This document shows positions 12,901-26,700 of a DNA stretch of 64,000 nt, piece by piece. The translations under genes were made by a program, and so were the position numbers. How positions within the stretch are numbered: position 1 is the stretch's first letter; the number at the start of each line of letters is the position of its first letter. Below the pieces are notes generated by a model. It was not told the DNA's origin. It did not search any database and worked only from the letters and a program-made list of their open reading frames with translations. The stretch is from Reclinomonas americana ATCC 50394 (taxonomy: Eukaryota), in assembly GCA_048213135.1 (NCBI GenBank), contig PS015213.1, positions 1 through 64,000 of the forward strand, given 5' to 3'.

Positions 12901-15124
12901 GCGTTCTGTCGACCCCGATTCATCTCGCCAACTCGGCCGTGATGAAGGCGTGCTGTTGGGCACTCACCAATGCCATTGAGGATGGTTAGTACGCTCCCTG
13001 TCTTTACACACAAGTCTGTTTTGAGATGCTCAACCAGTGGCCGCAACGGCAGATGACAACGAGAGTCGCTTTGGACAGGTTTGTGAGACCACTAATTTCT
13101 CAGTTCTCACTTTGCGTCATCTCACGTATCTCTCCACTTACGGCAGCATCACGGAGTGCCTGCTCTGGTGACCGTGTTGTGCAAGCATCAGTTCGATGCC
13201 GAAGTGATGGAACAAGCCTGCTTGTGTGTGACCAATACGACTGCAAATGGTTTCGTGTGCCCTCTATTCTTCTCTTCGTCTCGTTTCAGGGGCTTACCCA
13301 ACACTCTCACAGATGCCAAGAATCGTGTGGTCTTTGGTGACCATGGTGGCGTGCATGCACTGCTGCAAGTGCTCGCTGCCCATCTGACATCGGAGAACGA
13401 CAATGTCACATCGCAAGTGTGCTGGGCGCTCGGAAACGTGTGCATGTGGAGTTGCGCGCTTTTTCCAATCTCTCAGACTTCGACAGTGACTGTGGTGCTT
13501 ATGAATGCGTGTCGCCTGTCAGATCCCATGAATCGGAAGCGAGTGAACGAGGCCGGAGGAGTGGCACTGTTGATTGATTTGCTGCAGCGACACAGCAATC
13601 ACGGTCACCCGTCGGTGCTGATTCATGGTATGTATGCTGGAGCAGACTCACTGCATGTGTGCTGTATGTACTCACTTGTTCCGCCGTCGCCTCCACAGCA
13701 TGCTGGGCCATGTGCATGGTGCTGGCCGACGGTGGGGTATTGTCGATTGCTTCGTGTCTTTGCTGTTTCTCCATGCTACTCACTTGCATTGTGTTGGCAG
13801 ACGTGACAAACGAGGAACTCGTCGGCAATCTGGGAGGAGTGCGTACCAGCCGCACACTTGTGCTCCACGGATCTTCGTGAAAGCTCACCCAACCGCAATC
13901 ACGCAGGTGGAGCTCCTCGTCCTCCTTATCCAACGGTATCGCATGTCGGATGCTCTCGACGTGGTGGAGAGTGCGTGCCGTGCGCTGGCCAACTGCACTC
14001 GTACAGGTGCGCGCGCGTGTGTGCTCGAGACTCAAGATCCTTGCAGCCGTTCTCTAAAAGAACTGTGCCCGCAGTCGATCGCAACCAGCACAGCGCTGGT
14101 CTGCTCGGTGCCGTCCCTCTCATGGTGGAGATTCTCACCCGCGACATGTCTCACGTGGGCATTGTGCATGCATGCTGCCGCGTGCTGGCCAACCTGACGC
14201 ACGGTTCGTCGGCCAACCGAGAAGGCGGTGATCATGGCGAGAGTCTCACAAGTGTGTGTCTCTCACGCAGTGGCGGAGAATCGATGGCGATTCGGCGCAT
14301 GCCACGCCATTGAGTCACTGCTCAGTGTGGCTCTGGCCTTTGCGCACGATGATCGAGTGGCAGAGATGACATGCTCCGCTCTGGCGAACCTGACGGAGAA
14401 GGGTCAGTGTTTCCTAGTTTGTGTACAAACTATTCGCTTCGGTGATACTCATTGACATGCACACAGAGCGCACCAACATTGATATCTTCTGTGAGCGAGA
14501 CGGCATCAAGACGGTCGTGCATCTGCTTGATGTGCACAAGCAGCGCAGTGCGATTGTGGTGGCTGCAGCAAGTGTTATTCGACATGTGGCCTCACAAGGT
14601 TGGTTGGGAATGGAGTTTCTTGAACGTGCATGAGCTCTAGCTTACAGAGCATGCCTGCTCAGCACCTCTGTATCGCGATGTTCTCGGCTCGTGTGGCGGT
14701 ATGCGCGTCATGGAGGAGGCTCTGCGCACCATGGTACACGATATGCAAAGAAAAGTTGTGTTGTACAAGTGATGAACTGACACGCCACTGCTATACGACC
14801 AGATCAACATTCCCGATGCCGTCGAGCACATGTGCGCCGCCATTGCGGCTGCCGCCCAGTCGAGTTGCGTACGGCCCTCACATGCCACTCATTGTAACTT
14901 CGAGATAACATGTGTGCGCAGAGAAATTGCTTGCCGAGTTCCGCGAACTCGAATCGTGCGGACAGCAACTCATCGACGGCTTCATGGGCACTGACGACCG
15001 TGGCGAGGATGTTCGTGAGTTGCATCCCAACGTCATCCAGAGCCTGGCCTCCCTCGAGCAGATTCTGGTGCACTTTGAGGACGACTGCACCGCTACCGGC
15101 AGAGAGACCCCGGCCGCTGAATAA
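9978..15124 (+). CDS. Armadillo-repeat protein with N-terminal myristoylation/palmitoylation motif (many exons)
   Basis: Starts MGGCCSS. Repeated units such as GGIPLLVGVLQEH..VMEQACW, GGVHALLQVLAAH..QVCWALGNV, GAVPLMVEIL..HACCRVLANL. Confidence 0.8.
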
Positions 15125-15220
15125 GCGTGCGCTCTACTGCATACATGTACCAACTGTTGTTTGTTGTTGTTATTAAATTGGTGCCATTTGTTGTTACTCG
15201 GAATTCATTGCGGAGGGTTG

Positions 15221-16564
15221 TCAAAGCTTGGCCTTCAGTGCGAGGTCGGGCATGGTCAGCAGCTCGCCATCATCTGCATTCGCGTGTCACACGGACGAGG
15301 CAAGCGAGTTTGTGACGGAATCCAAAAAGGAACGCAACATTGAGTGTTGGTCATGGCGTGCAGCGGCTCGCGGCACTCGAGGTGCATGTGAGCCCAGCGG
15401 ATGGCCGTCCAGCCGTCACTTCGCAGGCCCGTGTTCACAAAGCGCGCCAACAGCAGGGCGGCGGTGTACACGTACGCAATGCGGAAGGCAAAGTCACGGG
15501 CCATTGGCTCCACCGCATGCGCCTTGTTGGCCGCCAGCGACGTGCCAATGGTTTCGCCCATGCGCCGGAGAGTGTCGCACGCGGCCTTCACCAAACTCAC
15601 AATCTCCTCGCGCCATCCGTTCTGCTCGGCCGACAGTCCTGCAACACCATCTCGCAGTGAGTCAGCCACCACCCACACATGCCTTACAAAGTCTCCACTG
15701 CTCGTGGAGACGCACCACTGCGCGGACGCTCACGGCACTTGTCCTCGACCTCTTGCAACAGGCAAATGAAACTCTTCGGCTCGTGAGTCAGCACGCGGAA
15801 CACGTCGAGCGACAGAATGTTCGTGGTGCCTGAGAACAGCAAGTCAGCACGCTTCCTATCGCTCGCTTACACACACGTCCAATCCATCACAACACCTTCC
15901 CAAATCGGCGTCACTTGGGCATTCCGCAGAAGCGCCGGAATGCCCGTGTCCTCAATGTACGCTGTGTGGGATGGAATGAGATCGACACGTACACACTCTC
16001 TCTTTCTCCCCACCCTCATTCTCACTCACCCTGTCCACCAATGGCCTCAATGCCCTCACTTGTCAGCCACACGCACTGCTTGCCCGTGTACAGCTTGAGC
16101 ACCGGCGTGAGGAGGCGAAGAAGCGTGTTGCTCTTGGCCTCGTCTGCACGATAAACGGAAAGAAATGATAAGCATTCTTGCAACACCACGTGTGGCCTCC
16201 GCCGTCGCAACTGGGGGAGCACTCGGTGCGGCCCATGTGCCAGACGATATTGAAAGTGAACTCGGTGCAACCTGCATCACACACATACATGAGCAGGCGT
16301 CGAACGAGGAACTGATTCGAAAGCACTGCACAGACACACACCGCGCGTCTCCACCTCCATGTCGGCCAGCGTGCGCACGTGCAGCGGGTGGTCGACGAGG
16401 GCACGGCGGAACGAGGTGCGCGTGTAAGCGTAGCGAGTGGCATACATGGTCGCGCGACGCATGTACGACAGCGACGACACCGAGTTGTACAGGCGAGTGA
16501 CATTGATCATGTTGGCAATGGTGGCCACACCTGATCTCGTCCCACGGTGAGTGATCCGCATTCG

Positions 16565-16627
<63 letters not shown>

Positions 16628-16853
16628 CACACACACACACACCGACCGGCCGGTTCGTCGTGTCGTACACGACGACGCGCGCGCGTCGTCGTCGTGTAGA
16701 CGACGCGTCGTCGGTCGTCGGACCGACCACCGTCGTCGCCGNNNNNNNNNNNNNNNNNNNNTACGTACGTAACGTCGGGGACGACCACCTACGTCGCGTC
16801 CCACGTCGTAGGTCGAGTACGACACTTCGTAAACGTACGAACCACCGACACAA

Positions 16854-16916
<63 letters not shown>

Positions 16917-18976
16917 CACACACACACACACCGCGACCGGGCTTGCTGATCAGCAGCGCACGGCTGCCGTTGAGTGACAGCTCGGCTGTCGGCAACCCAC
17001 GTGTGCCCAGCTTGTTCTTCAGACGCTGAATCTGAATGTTGTTGAGAGAGCCATCGTCACGGCGCACGCGCACGAAGAACAACGACAGTCCGCGACTCCC
17101 CTACGGGACGGAAAGAAGTGAGGCACACCCAGAGCAAGAAAATAATCCGATGACGCAGTCACTCACGGGCATCTCCTCGCCGTTGGCGTCAACAATGCGT
17201 GCCAGCGTCATGGTCAGGTCGGCGTCCGTGGCCGACGTGAACCACTTGAAGCCGTACAGACGATACGATCCATCTTCTTGCGGCACTGCGTATGTCTGTG
17301 TGTACCCGACATCGGAGCCGCCGGGGCGCTCCGTCATCTGTGTGCGACTGTGATAAGCGCCGAGGCAGTGTGCACGACACAGTGCACATGTTTGCACGCA
17401 ACCCACTGGCCCGAGGTCCAGAACTCGGACGGAGAGCGGCTTGTAAGGTGCTTGTAGGCCTTTTGCAGTTCGGCACGAGTTGACGGCAGTAGCGACAGCG
17501 AGTCTGCACGACCACCACAAGTCAGTGGAGTCGGTTCTGCTCAGCATCACCTCGTAACGTACCCGGTGCCGAGGCCAGCAACGTCTCAATCAGTCGCGCG
17601 GCACCGTCGGTCATGGCCAGCGGACACGTGTAAATGGCAGAGCTGGCGGTGAACATGTACAGCTGCGCAGACGCCCACTGGTGAGGGGCATGTACAGTTG
17701 ACGACCAGCAATGGTGAGAAGCACCTTGGCGAACTGGTGCAGTCGACTCAGGGCCTTGTGCTTGCGCTCGTAGCCAATGGCCACCACACCCTCAGTGGCG
17801 GAGAAATCATGCAGCTTGGTCCACGCCGGCGTCGTCACAATGTGATCGATGCGCCTGCAGTCGCATCAGAAACAAACACCAGCGACGCCCACATCGAGTG
17901 ATTACGAAACTTGCCCCACGGCGTAAACTGCTTCATGTACGGCTCGTTCTCCTCTGCCTCGCGATTCCAGCTCTCCACTGCCGAATACACACACATGACG
18001 ATGTGAAATGGAGAGTAGGGGGTCACGGTGTGGCACACACACACACACACCTGGATCCACCAACTGGCGGCCGAATGACGACAGATCGGCATCGATCTCG
18101 GCAAAGTCTCGAGCGTTGCCAATCATCAACTGCTTGAGCGTGTCACGCAGGTAGGTGTCACCCTCGTACAAGTTGTGTGGCAGTGACGGCTCCCGTTGCA
18201 AGAAGAAGAGATCCGAGTCGCGTGGATCGCGCACCAACACCACTTGCACCGAATGCACCACATTAGTGATACTACTCGGTTCCCCCATCGTCATCTCGGT
18301 GGCCGGCTCCACTGACAGCTTGCTGGCCGACGTCTGCACCCTCAACGACACTGCGCAACCAGCGATCAGCAACAACAACAACGAGAGATGCAAGAAGAGC
18401 GCGCGCGCACGCACACAAACCATGATCACTGCTGCTAGCACCGGACGCCCGAGAGGCCACGGCCGACGCCGGGCCGCACCAACCAAAGTAGAAGGCACTC
18501 TCCGCCTCGCCCGTTGTCTCTTCACGCACCGAACGAATCGTCGCATCACCCTGCTGCGCGTCAAATTCCACCACACACGTCTCGCCACTGCGCACCGCGC
18601 GTGCACGGCCCACAGCCACCACTCTCGCACGCGCACCACCATCCACCACGCGCACCAAAAACTGCGCAGAGTCGTCGTCAGCAAAGCACAATGATTCACT
18701 CGCTGCCGATTCGCACACACATACACACACAGACCGGGGTGATGACGCTGGACGAGGAGGCGCCAACAAAGGCCCAGCGAGTGACACGTGCAGGTGCACG
18801 CCCGCCAGCCGCGAGATTCACCGGCAGCATGTGCACCACTGACTGAGTGGCACTTCCCGCCGATGCACTGGTGCCACTGACGAGCGCATTGCCGACCACT
18901 GACGAGAGAATGAGTGAGTGAGAGTGTGAGGTGTGCCAGTGCGTCTCCATGCGTCCCACGCACCACGCTCAGTCAT
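15221..18976 (-). CDS. AidB/ACDH-11-like acyl-CoA dehydrogenase with extra N-terminal domain and PTS1 (AKL)
   Basis: CPLAMTDGAA, WTSGQW/MTERPGGSDV, LYGFKWFTSATD, RLKNKLGTRGLPTAEL, KLYTGK, IGGQ/YIED, VTPIWEG/TTNILSLD. The last exon ends LKAKL-stop. Confidence 0.9.
16566..16930. repeat. (CA)n microsatellite inside an ACAD intron, interrupted by low-quality sequence and a gap
   Basis: Long CA runs at about 16566-16641 and 16855-16930. Confidence 0.85.
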
Positions 18977-19046
18977 TCGTTGTGTGTTGATGATGGCCGG
19001 TGGATCAACTGGATTCTGTCTCTTTACTTTACTTTACTTCACTGCG

Positions 19047-20628
19047 ATGTCGCTGGCGCTGGAGTCACGCGGTGCACTTGATCTCTCGGCTGCGGATGCC
19101 AACTGTCGCATTCGGTGCGTTGCACGCGCATATCGCGTGGAGAGATGCATGCAGTTGTCACTGACTGGTGAAAAAATGCTTGCAGCTGTGTCGCCTTCTC
19201 ACCACAATCATCGTCTCCTGTGCACGTGTTGGCCTCGTGCACCTCGGGCGGTGGTGTGTTTGTGCACTCTCTTAGTGGAGACGCGTTGCAGGAGAGTGAT
19301 GGTGAGTCCTCTCCTCGTCAGTCTCTCACACACACACGCACACGCTCACACTGGAAGGCAAGTTGAGTCGGCGCAGCTGCTGTGTGTGCACCCGCCAGAC
19401 GGCAGCAACTACATGTTTGCGGTGGTGTGGGTCGACGAGTGCACGTTGCTGGCCAGCTCGATGAGTGGATCGAGTTGCGCTGCTGCACTTGCTTCAGCTG
19501 CGATCGTCGATGCATTGACCACCATTTCTTTTGTGTCGTCGTCAGTCTATGTGTGGAAGGTGGATGTGCAGCGTGGTCAGCACGAGTTACTGCAGCAAGT
19601 CGATGACGCGACCGAGGCCTCGAATCGTATCTGTGGACTGGATGTGTCGCGACGGCGGGCGGAGGTGGCGTCGGGATCGCACGACGGCTCGTTGCGGACA
19701 TTTGCGCTGGTCGACACTCCCTGTCGTCTCCAGCAGACTCGTGTGGTGGCGAATGCACATGAAGGGCGACCCGTGTATCGGGTGCGCTACTCGCCTGATG
19801 GGCACTGGTTGTGTTCCACGTCGGAGCAAAGCTCGGTGCATGTGTGGGACTCGGAGACACTTGTGTGTGTGCGAGCGATACACCTCTTCACGCTGTTCTC
19901 GTGGGGCTGCGATTTCTCGCCCGATACGCAGTGGTTGGCCGTGGGTGGCGACCACTCGGTGTGCTTGCTGGACAATTCATGTGAGGCACTGGGTGCGGCT
20001 CCGTTTGACACGCAAGCTGTCTCACGGCTGCGACTGCACGAGGAGCCCGAGGATGTGGCCTTTGTGTGCGCAGAAGTCGACGCAGATGTGCTTCATGGAG
20101 AGGCGCAGCGCGACCTCGATGCCACCGTAACGAGTCTGTTCCTGGCTGTCGGCACGCAGGACTGTCGCGTGCAGGTGTGGCAGGAGGTGCGAGCCAAAGC
20201 TGTGGGAGACACCCATCGCTGGAAGAATGTGCAATTCGCTGCTCCCACGCGCTACGACGTCGGAGTGCTGAGTGTGGCCTGGAGTGGCGATGGGGGAGCG
20301 TGGTTGGCGGTGGCTGCCGGTTCCAGTATCCACATGCTAGCCAACCGCACCGGTGAGTGCATGCTCTGAAGGACACGAGATTGTCAAAGTGATCTACCCA
20401 CCACGCCTGTTTTTGCAGTGGCACTGCGCAAGGAGGTTCAGTTGTTGTCTGCTGCGCTGGAGGTACTGGCGACTGCCTCCACCGCCCCCGCACTGGCCGC
20501 GCTGGCCGTCCATGTGGCCCTCGAGCAGACCAGCTTGCTGCGACGACAACGCCGTCTGCAAGCACTTCACGAACAGCGTCGACAAGTGCAAGCCGACGAC
20601 GGCGACGGTGGTGACAGCTCAGATGCCG

Positions 20629-20660
<32 letters not shown>

Positions 20661-20687
20661 GGCGATGCCGGGAATAGATGGCTTTGA
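19047..20687 (+). CDS. WD40-repeat protein with acidic tail
   Basis: VASGSHDGSLRTF, AHEGRPVYRVRYSPDGHWLCSTSEQSSVHVWD, CDFSPDTQWLAVGG, VLSVAWSGDG. 5' exons are uncertain. Confidence 0.8.
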
Positions 20688-20710
20688 CGTCCACTGCTGT
20701 CTCTATCACC

Positions 20711-23700
20711 ATGTCGTCCTCTCCAGCGCCGAACGTCTCGTCGTCCTTAAGATCTTCCAATTCACGGCCGTCAGAGACGCCGCAACTCTCCTCCTGCCTC
20801 TTCCTGTCACCCACGTGCGCGTGAGACAGAGTACGAGAGATGAAGCTGCTCGACGAGCCCGCCATCTTTCTGTGCGACTTGGCCGTGGTGGTCGGTCCAC
20901 CACCAGCCGGAGTTGTGGAGAGCAAACTGAAAAAGGCGCAGGGCGCTCCACCCACTCTCTTTGTTGCGTGTGCCACCCTCCACTCTCACACACACAGACG
21001 CACCAAGTACTCGCTCATGAGCGCCACAAGTGTCATGGCACTGATCAAATTCTCCCGCACATTGATGCACCACCGCAGGCCTCGCGTTGCGAGTTGGTGG
21101 ACGTGTACCCCGTCGACAAGCGCGCCGAGCCCTTTGTCAATGAGTTGCACTTGGTGAGTTGGGCGTGTGTGTGCGTCAGAGAGAGCAGCACACTCACTCA
21201 CTCACGCTCACTGATGATTCGTTTGTAACTCCGTCATCGTGCAGTTCACTCATTCGCAGTACTCGCCGATTGTGCTGTACGGCTGTCCACCGGGTGCCGG
21301 CAACGATGAGGACGACGACGATGAGGGTGCTGGTGCCGGTGATGCGCCGGAAGACACTCCGCTGTCGCGCGCACGCGGGCGACGCGGTCGGCGAGAGCGA
21401 GAGGACGGTGAGGCCGAGGAGGATGACAGGCTGAGTGCGTTGGATTCGATCGGGCCACTGCAGGATGGATCCGAGGGCGTGGGGTCGGGAGGCAGCGGCG
21501 AGCCGGGGCCGGGTACAGCTGGCGGCGCGGCGTCGTCGAGTGTGGGTGAATCGCAGGCGACCAGTATGCCCAGTTCGCGTTTCGTACTTTTTCTCATACT
21601 CGCTGTGATGACGATGGTGCTGCGTGCTCACACTCGTACAGTGCCGGCGTGGGATGACACAATCGAGGGTTTCGATCCACATCCGCTGCTCTTTCGGCTG
21701 CCGACGGTCAAGCAGGCGCCGCCACCCAACTTCTTCCACTTTGTGTTGACCGACGACAAGAAGCGCGAGTTGTTTGCGTATGCACTCGAGTACTTTGCGT
21801 TGCGGTCGGTCGCACTACCGCCCATGGAGGACGACGACAGTTGAGCATGGCTGCATGTGCTCATATTCTCTGTATTTGGCATGCCGCTGAGTGCATTTGT
21901 GTGATTCCCTCGCAGTGGAGGAACCCGTTCCAGAGCTGCTGCAACAGCCGCGAAGTAGTGCCGTGGCCACCGCAGCCATGATGACCACGGCTGGTGCACT
22001 GGTCAGTGCCACGCGCGAGGGCACAGAGCGAGTGGTGGCTGCCGCATTCCGACACAACTCTGGCCACTCGGGCTACGGCAGCGACGACGAGCCGAACAGC
22101 TCGGTCGACATTGCCAGCGACGACTCCATCAATGGCGACGAGACGCCCGGTTACTTGCTGATTCCGCCCACGGACCTGTTTGCACCGCAGTCTGCGCACG
22201 GGACCTCGGGGTCCGGTGTGATCTTTCATGAAGGTGCTCTGGGTGTCAAATTTGCCCATGTGTCAGCGTGAGCTGACGGGTGGTGTGCTCTTGTGGATCG
22301 CACAGCCGCCCTCGTGGAGGAAGACGATGCTGCGTCGGGCAGCAGTGGTGGCGGCGACGCTGCCGGTGCCAGCAAGTCCAGCGTGAAGAAGCGACCGTTT
22401 GCGCCACGCGCCGTCCGAGCGCCCACAGTTGTGCGCGCTTTTGTGCCGGTATGTCTGGTGTTTGTGTCCAAGCTGCCGATGTACCGCGTGTTCCGCGAGA
22501 TCTCGCTCCACGTGTGGGCCGACTACATCGAGCCCACCATGCGAGAGTTGGTGCGTGACGCTCTCGCTCTGCAATCTGGCTGGCGACTGCGGCTGACCGC
22601 AAGTCTGTTTCGTGTCTCGCGCAGATGCTCCAGGCAACGTGCGCATCCCCCATGTCGCCCCTGTTCACCAGCTTCCCCCTGCTGACGCCGTCGACCACCG
22701 ATGCGACTGTGCGCGATCTCGGCTCGTTTGACGATGGCGACCTGTCCGAGTCGTTCGACGGCCCGGGCAGGAGCAATGGCGAGCCGTCGGCAAGGATTGA
22801 GGCGGATTCTCTTCCTGAGCCGCACTCCATCGACACGCTGCCACAGTTCATCGGCTACTTGTGCGATCAGGTCGTGCTGTCAAAGGTGCTGCCCGATGTC
22901 GACGTTGAGGTCATCATCGGGGCGGCCGATCGTCGCGTGCGCATTCCGTGCGATGAGCAGTTGGACTTGATGAAGCCGCCGGTGAGAGGGCGCATCGTTG
23001 TAAGTTCACCAGCGTTCAGTGTTTCACTCGTTGCATGACGCCGCACAGGTCCCGCTGGCGCCACTTTTCTACTCGCTCGATGTCTCCAACATTCTGATCA
23101 TCATCAACGCCCTCCTTCTCGAACGGCACGTGGCAGTGGTCAGCAAGAATCGGTTCGTGTTGGTTTCGCATGCGTACTGCCATTGCGTGAGTGTCCACCA
23201 TCCGACACATTTCTCTGCGTGCGCCCAGTGCCCTGCTGACCATGGTCATGGATGCGCTTCGGTGTCTGATCTACCCGTTCCGCTGGGTCAATCCGTACAT
23301 GCCGCTGCTGCCACCGAGTATGCGCGAGTACATGCAATCGCCCGTGCCTGTGTTTATGGGCATCTGCAATGAGTTCGAGGAGGAGTACAAGTTCCTGCAG
23401 GAGCTGATCGAAGTGGAGAGTGCCGAGGTTTGTGTACTTTTGTATGTTTGCCGCAGGTTGTGGAGTACTGATTTGCTGGCTGGCTCGCTCCTTCTCAGTT
23501 GCGCCTGGTGATTGTGGATCTCGACGGCAACTCGGTGATCGACAATGGCCAGTTGCCACCTCTCCCTGAGCCGCATTGTGAGTGTCTGTGCAAGGTAGTG
23601 GAGAGATGCAATCAATTCTCATGCGTTGCTGGTGCAGGTCGGTCGCTGCGCATGGATCTCAAGCAGATCCTCACGCCGTCGCTGGAGGAGTTTGATCGGC

Positions 23701-26700
23701 TGCACGATTCCAACATTCTGTTCTGTTTCGACGGAGCCTCGTCGTTTGTTCGTCTCTGTCGCACTTGCGTTAATGGTATGTACGCTTGTGTCGACCTCAC
23801 GCTGCTGCGATGGTGACACAGATGTCGCCAATGGCACCGGTGCTCGATCGCGAGATCCAGCTTGTGTTTTGCAACTTTTTCGCCAACGTGATGCACAGCT
23901 ATCAACGAACGCTGGACAAGGAGTCTCACCGCTTCTTCTCTGACATGTTCTTGGACTTTCAGCTAGAGCACAACAAGGTTTCGTGGCGCCACCCTCTGCC
24001 CCATGTCTCTCACTTGCTCACGTCTACCATGCAGCGATTCTACGTGGAATTCGTGTCGACAATGATGTTTGACGACTGGGTCGTGCGGCAGTGCAGCGAG
24101 GCTCTGTTCATGCACTTTTTCAACGACTACTGCCGCAATGTGACGCTGCATCGGAGTGAGGCGTCCACCTACTTGCGCCGGACACAGTACCTGGCGTTGC
24201 GTTGATCCACATTGCACTTGCAGCCGCTGGCACTCACTGTGAATGGGCCCTCACTGTCGCAGCATCACCGCCAACGATGAGCAGCCGGAAAGCTATCCGC
24301 GCGTCGCCATTGTGTGCGAACCGTGTTTCCAGCGACCCGCACTCGCAGACTTGCGTGGTGGGTGCCTTCTGCGTGTGCGTGACGTCTGCTTTCGTTGTTG
24401 TGGCCACTCAAAATTCATTGTCCGCGCAGTGGAGAGGAGCACCAGCGACTTGGAGGTGGATTCGGATGCGCGTCGGCGCACTGAAGTCGAGTCATACCAG
24501 ACCATGTCGCATCCGTTCCACTCGAGCCGTGTGCCTCGACCCGAGTACCAGTTGCTCCTCGGTCGCTTGTCAGACGTGATCTCTGGCTCGGCCCCCGCGG
24601 TGTGTGCAGTGTTGTGTACAGCAGCTCCCCACAACCACCTGTCACCCTGAAGAACGTCATTCTTTTTTGGTTGCAGCGCGTGCTCTGCAGCGTGCTCGTG
24701 ATGCGCTGCTCTGTGTACCGACGTATGCAGCAGCACATGAAGGCGCTGCAGGACTTGAACATCTTCCTGGACTTGAATCGAACCGAGAGGCGAGTGCGCT
24801 GTGTGGCGTTTCGGCGCGTGCTATTGTCCCTTGGTGGCTAGCCCGCTCACTCTTGTGTGGCGCAGAATCATCTCAGAACAAGTGGTACTTGCGTTGGTCG
24901 AGCACTGCTTGGTCTTGCTACCACCGGACCAGCTGCAATTCACGCATACCATGGACCCCGAAATCAAGCTCATTGCCGACCGCATGCTGCGAAGTTACGC
25001 ACGTGCCGTTGAGTGGCGCACTGCGCGAAAAGTCTGCTGATGTACTCGCTGTTTCTCGTTAGGCCCGCCGGAGTTGCTGGTGGAAACCATGGGCAGTTGG
25101 CTGGCCGTCGATTACGATGTGCCTGCCGCGACCACTGGCGGTCACTGCAACCCGCGCGCCATGTTGAATGCCCTCTCCATATTCCCCAGTACGCAGACGC
25201 TACCGGAGCAAGAGTTTATGGTCCTGTGCACCGACCATGCGCTCGTGTCGACCACGGCATCTGCTCGTCGGTATGTTTTTCTGCTTCGTGTGAAGATTAA
25301 GGATGGATGGTTGCTCACTCACGCATGTCATCCCAAGGTTGTACAACGCGTTGCTGGACCATCGCACGCATCTCGTGACAGTGTCGGGAGTGCGTGCTTT
25401 CCTGCAAAACCTGGACAAGATCCGCAAGAACTGCAACTCGTATATGCCGCGCTTCCACATGCGTGAGTGCCTGTGTGGATGGACAATTTTGTTTCACACA
25501 TCCGCCGTGTGTGTTGACGCTTGTGCATTCCACGACAGAGCGCAACGAGTTTGTGGTGTACGTCTCATCACTCGTCTCGAATTCGAGCGGCAGCATGGGT
25601 CGGCTGGTCTTCACGAATCAGCGCGTGCTCTTTGGCTTCTCCGAGTTTAGCGAGATCGCCAGATTCGACATCCTGCTGCAGGCCTACAAGTTCAACCTCA
25701 TCTACCTCATTCCACCTGGTGCGCGACAAATTGATACTTCGTCTCTGTATATGCTTAGAATCTCGTCCTTTGTTGCTCACGTCAACATGGGTAAGGTCTC
25801 CCGTGCATTCGTGTGTTCGGCGTGGAGGGCGAGTTCACGAGCGCGGCGGGTGGCGTGTCGTTTGTGGTGTGGACGGACCGCGACATGGTGCTGGAATTCT
25901 TCAAGTGCGCTTTGATTGCTACTCCCGTCCCCTCCTCCAGTACGCGTCCGTCCTTACAATCGTGCGTCTCCAGTGAGTTGATTCAGGCGCATCGCATCGT
26001 CCGCGAGTTTTCCAGAAGAGAGGTTTGCGTCGTTCTTGCAACTCTTGTTTTGCGAAAGGTCGTTTCAACTCTGTGCGCTTGCCCGTGTACAGCCGGAAGA
26101 TGTGGCGGCATCATGTGTTCTGGTGGACGACGCCGCCAACTCGGTACTGCTGTCACAGGCACTTCGTGGACTGCGGTTTGTCGACCCCAGGGTGCGTAGA
26201 CTCTCGCCGCCTAGCGCAGCGTACACGTCCTCACTCGCTCACTGATGCACAGGCATCGCTGTTGCAACACAACGAGGATTTGGCGTTGGTCAACACCGAG
26301 TACCAGGTGCTGTCTGTGGCTGCATTGGTCGCGGTCGTTGCCATCTCGTGTCTCTCTCTCACACAAACACAACACGTTTTGCAGAACATGTCGGAGAATC
26401 GGGCACTGAACTTTGGTCCGCTTCCAACATCGACATCGTCGACCATGGTGTTTGATCCGAATCGAGTGGTGGACGAGGCACTGACCAGTATGGTCGACGT
26501 ACTCAATCGCTGTGCGTACATTGTGCGCGCCAGTGTATCTGTCATGTGAGTCTCACCCCCCGTATGCAGTCAATGTCAACAGCACCTATGTTGGCGAGGC
26601 ACTCGAGACCAAGCTGCGCTCCATTGCCCGCTCTCACGACTTTTCGGTTGCCGAACAAATGAGTGCACGGTTGCGCCTGGTGAGTGGCGCCCCTGTCTTG

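Noticed and set aside
16641-16860. Striking CG/ACG/TACG-rich, quasi-palindromic sequence inside the ACAD intron
   Set aside because: It follows long (CA)n runs on both sides of a gap and cycles through T-A-C-G, as pyrosequencing read ends do. Most likely an artefact, not an element.
18770-18840. VHMLPVNLAAGGRAPA as RNase H2 subunit C
   Set aside because: The downstream FRGR motif is absent, and the exons splice in frame into the ACAD.
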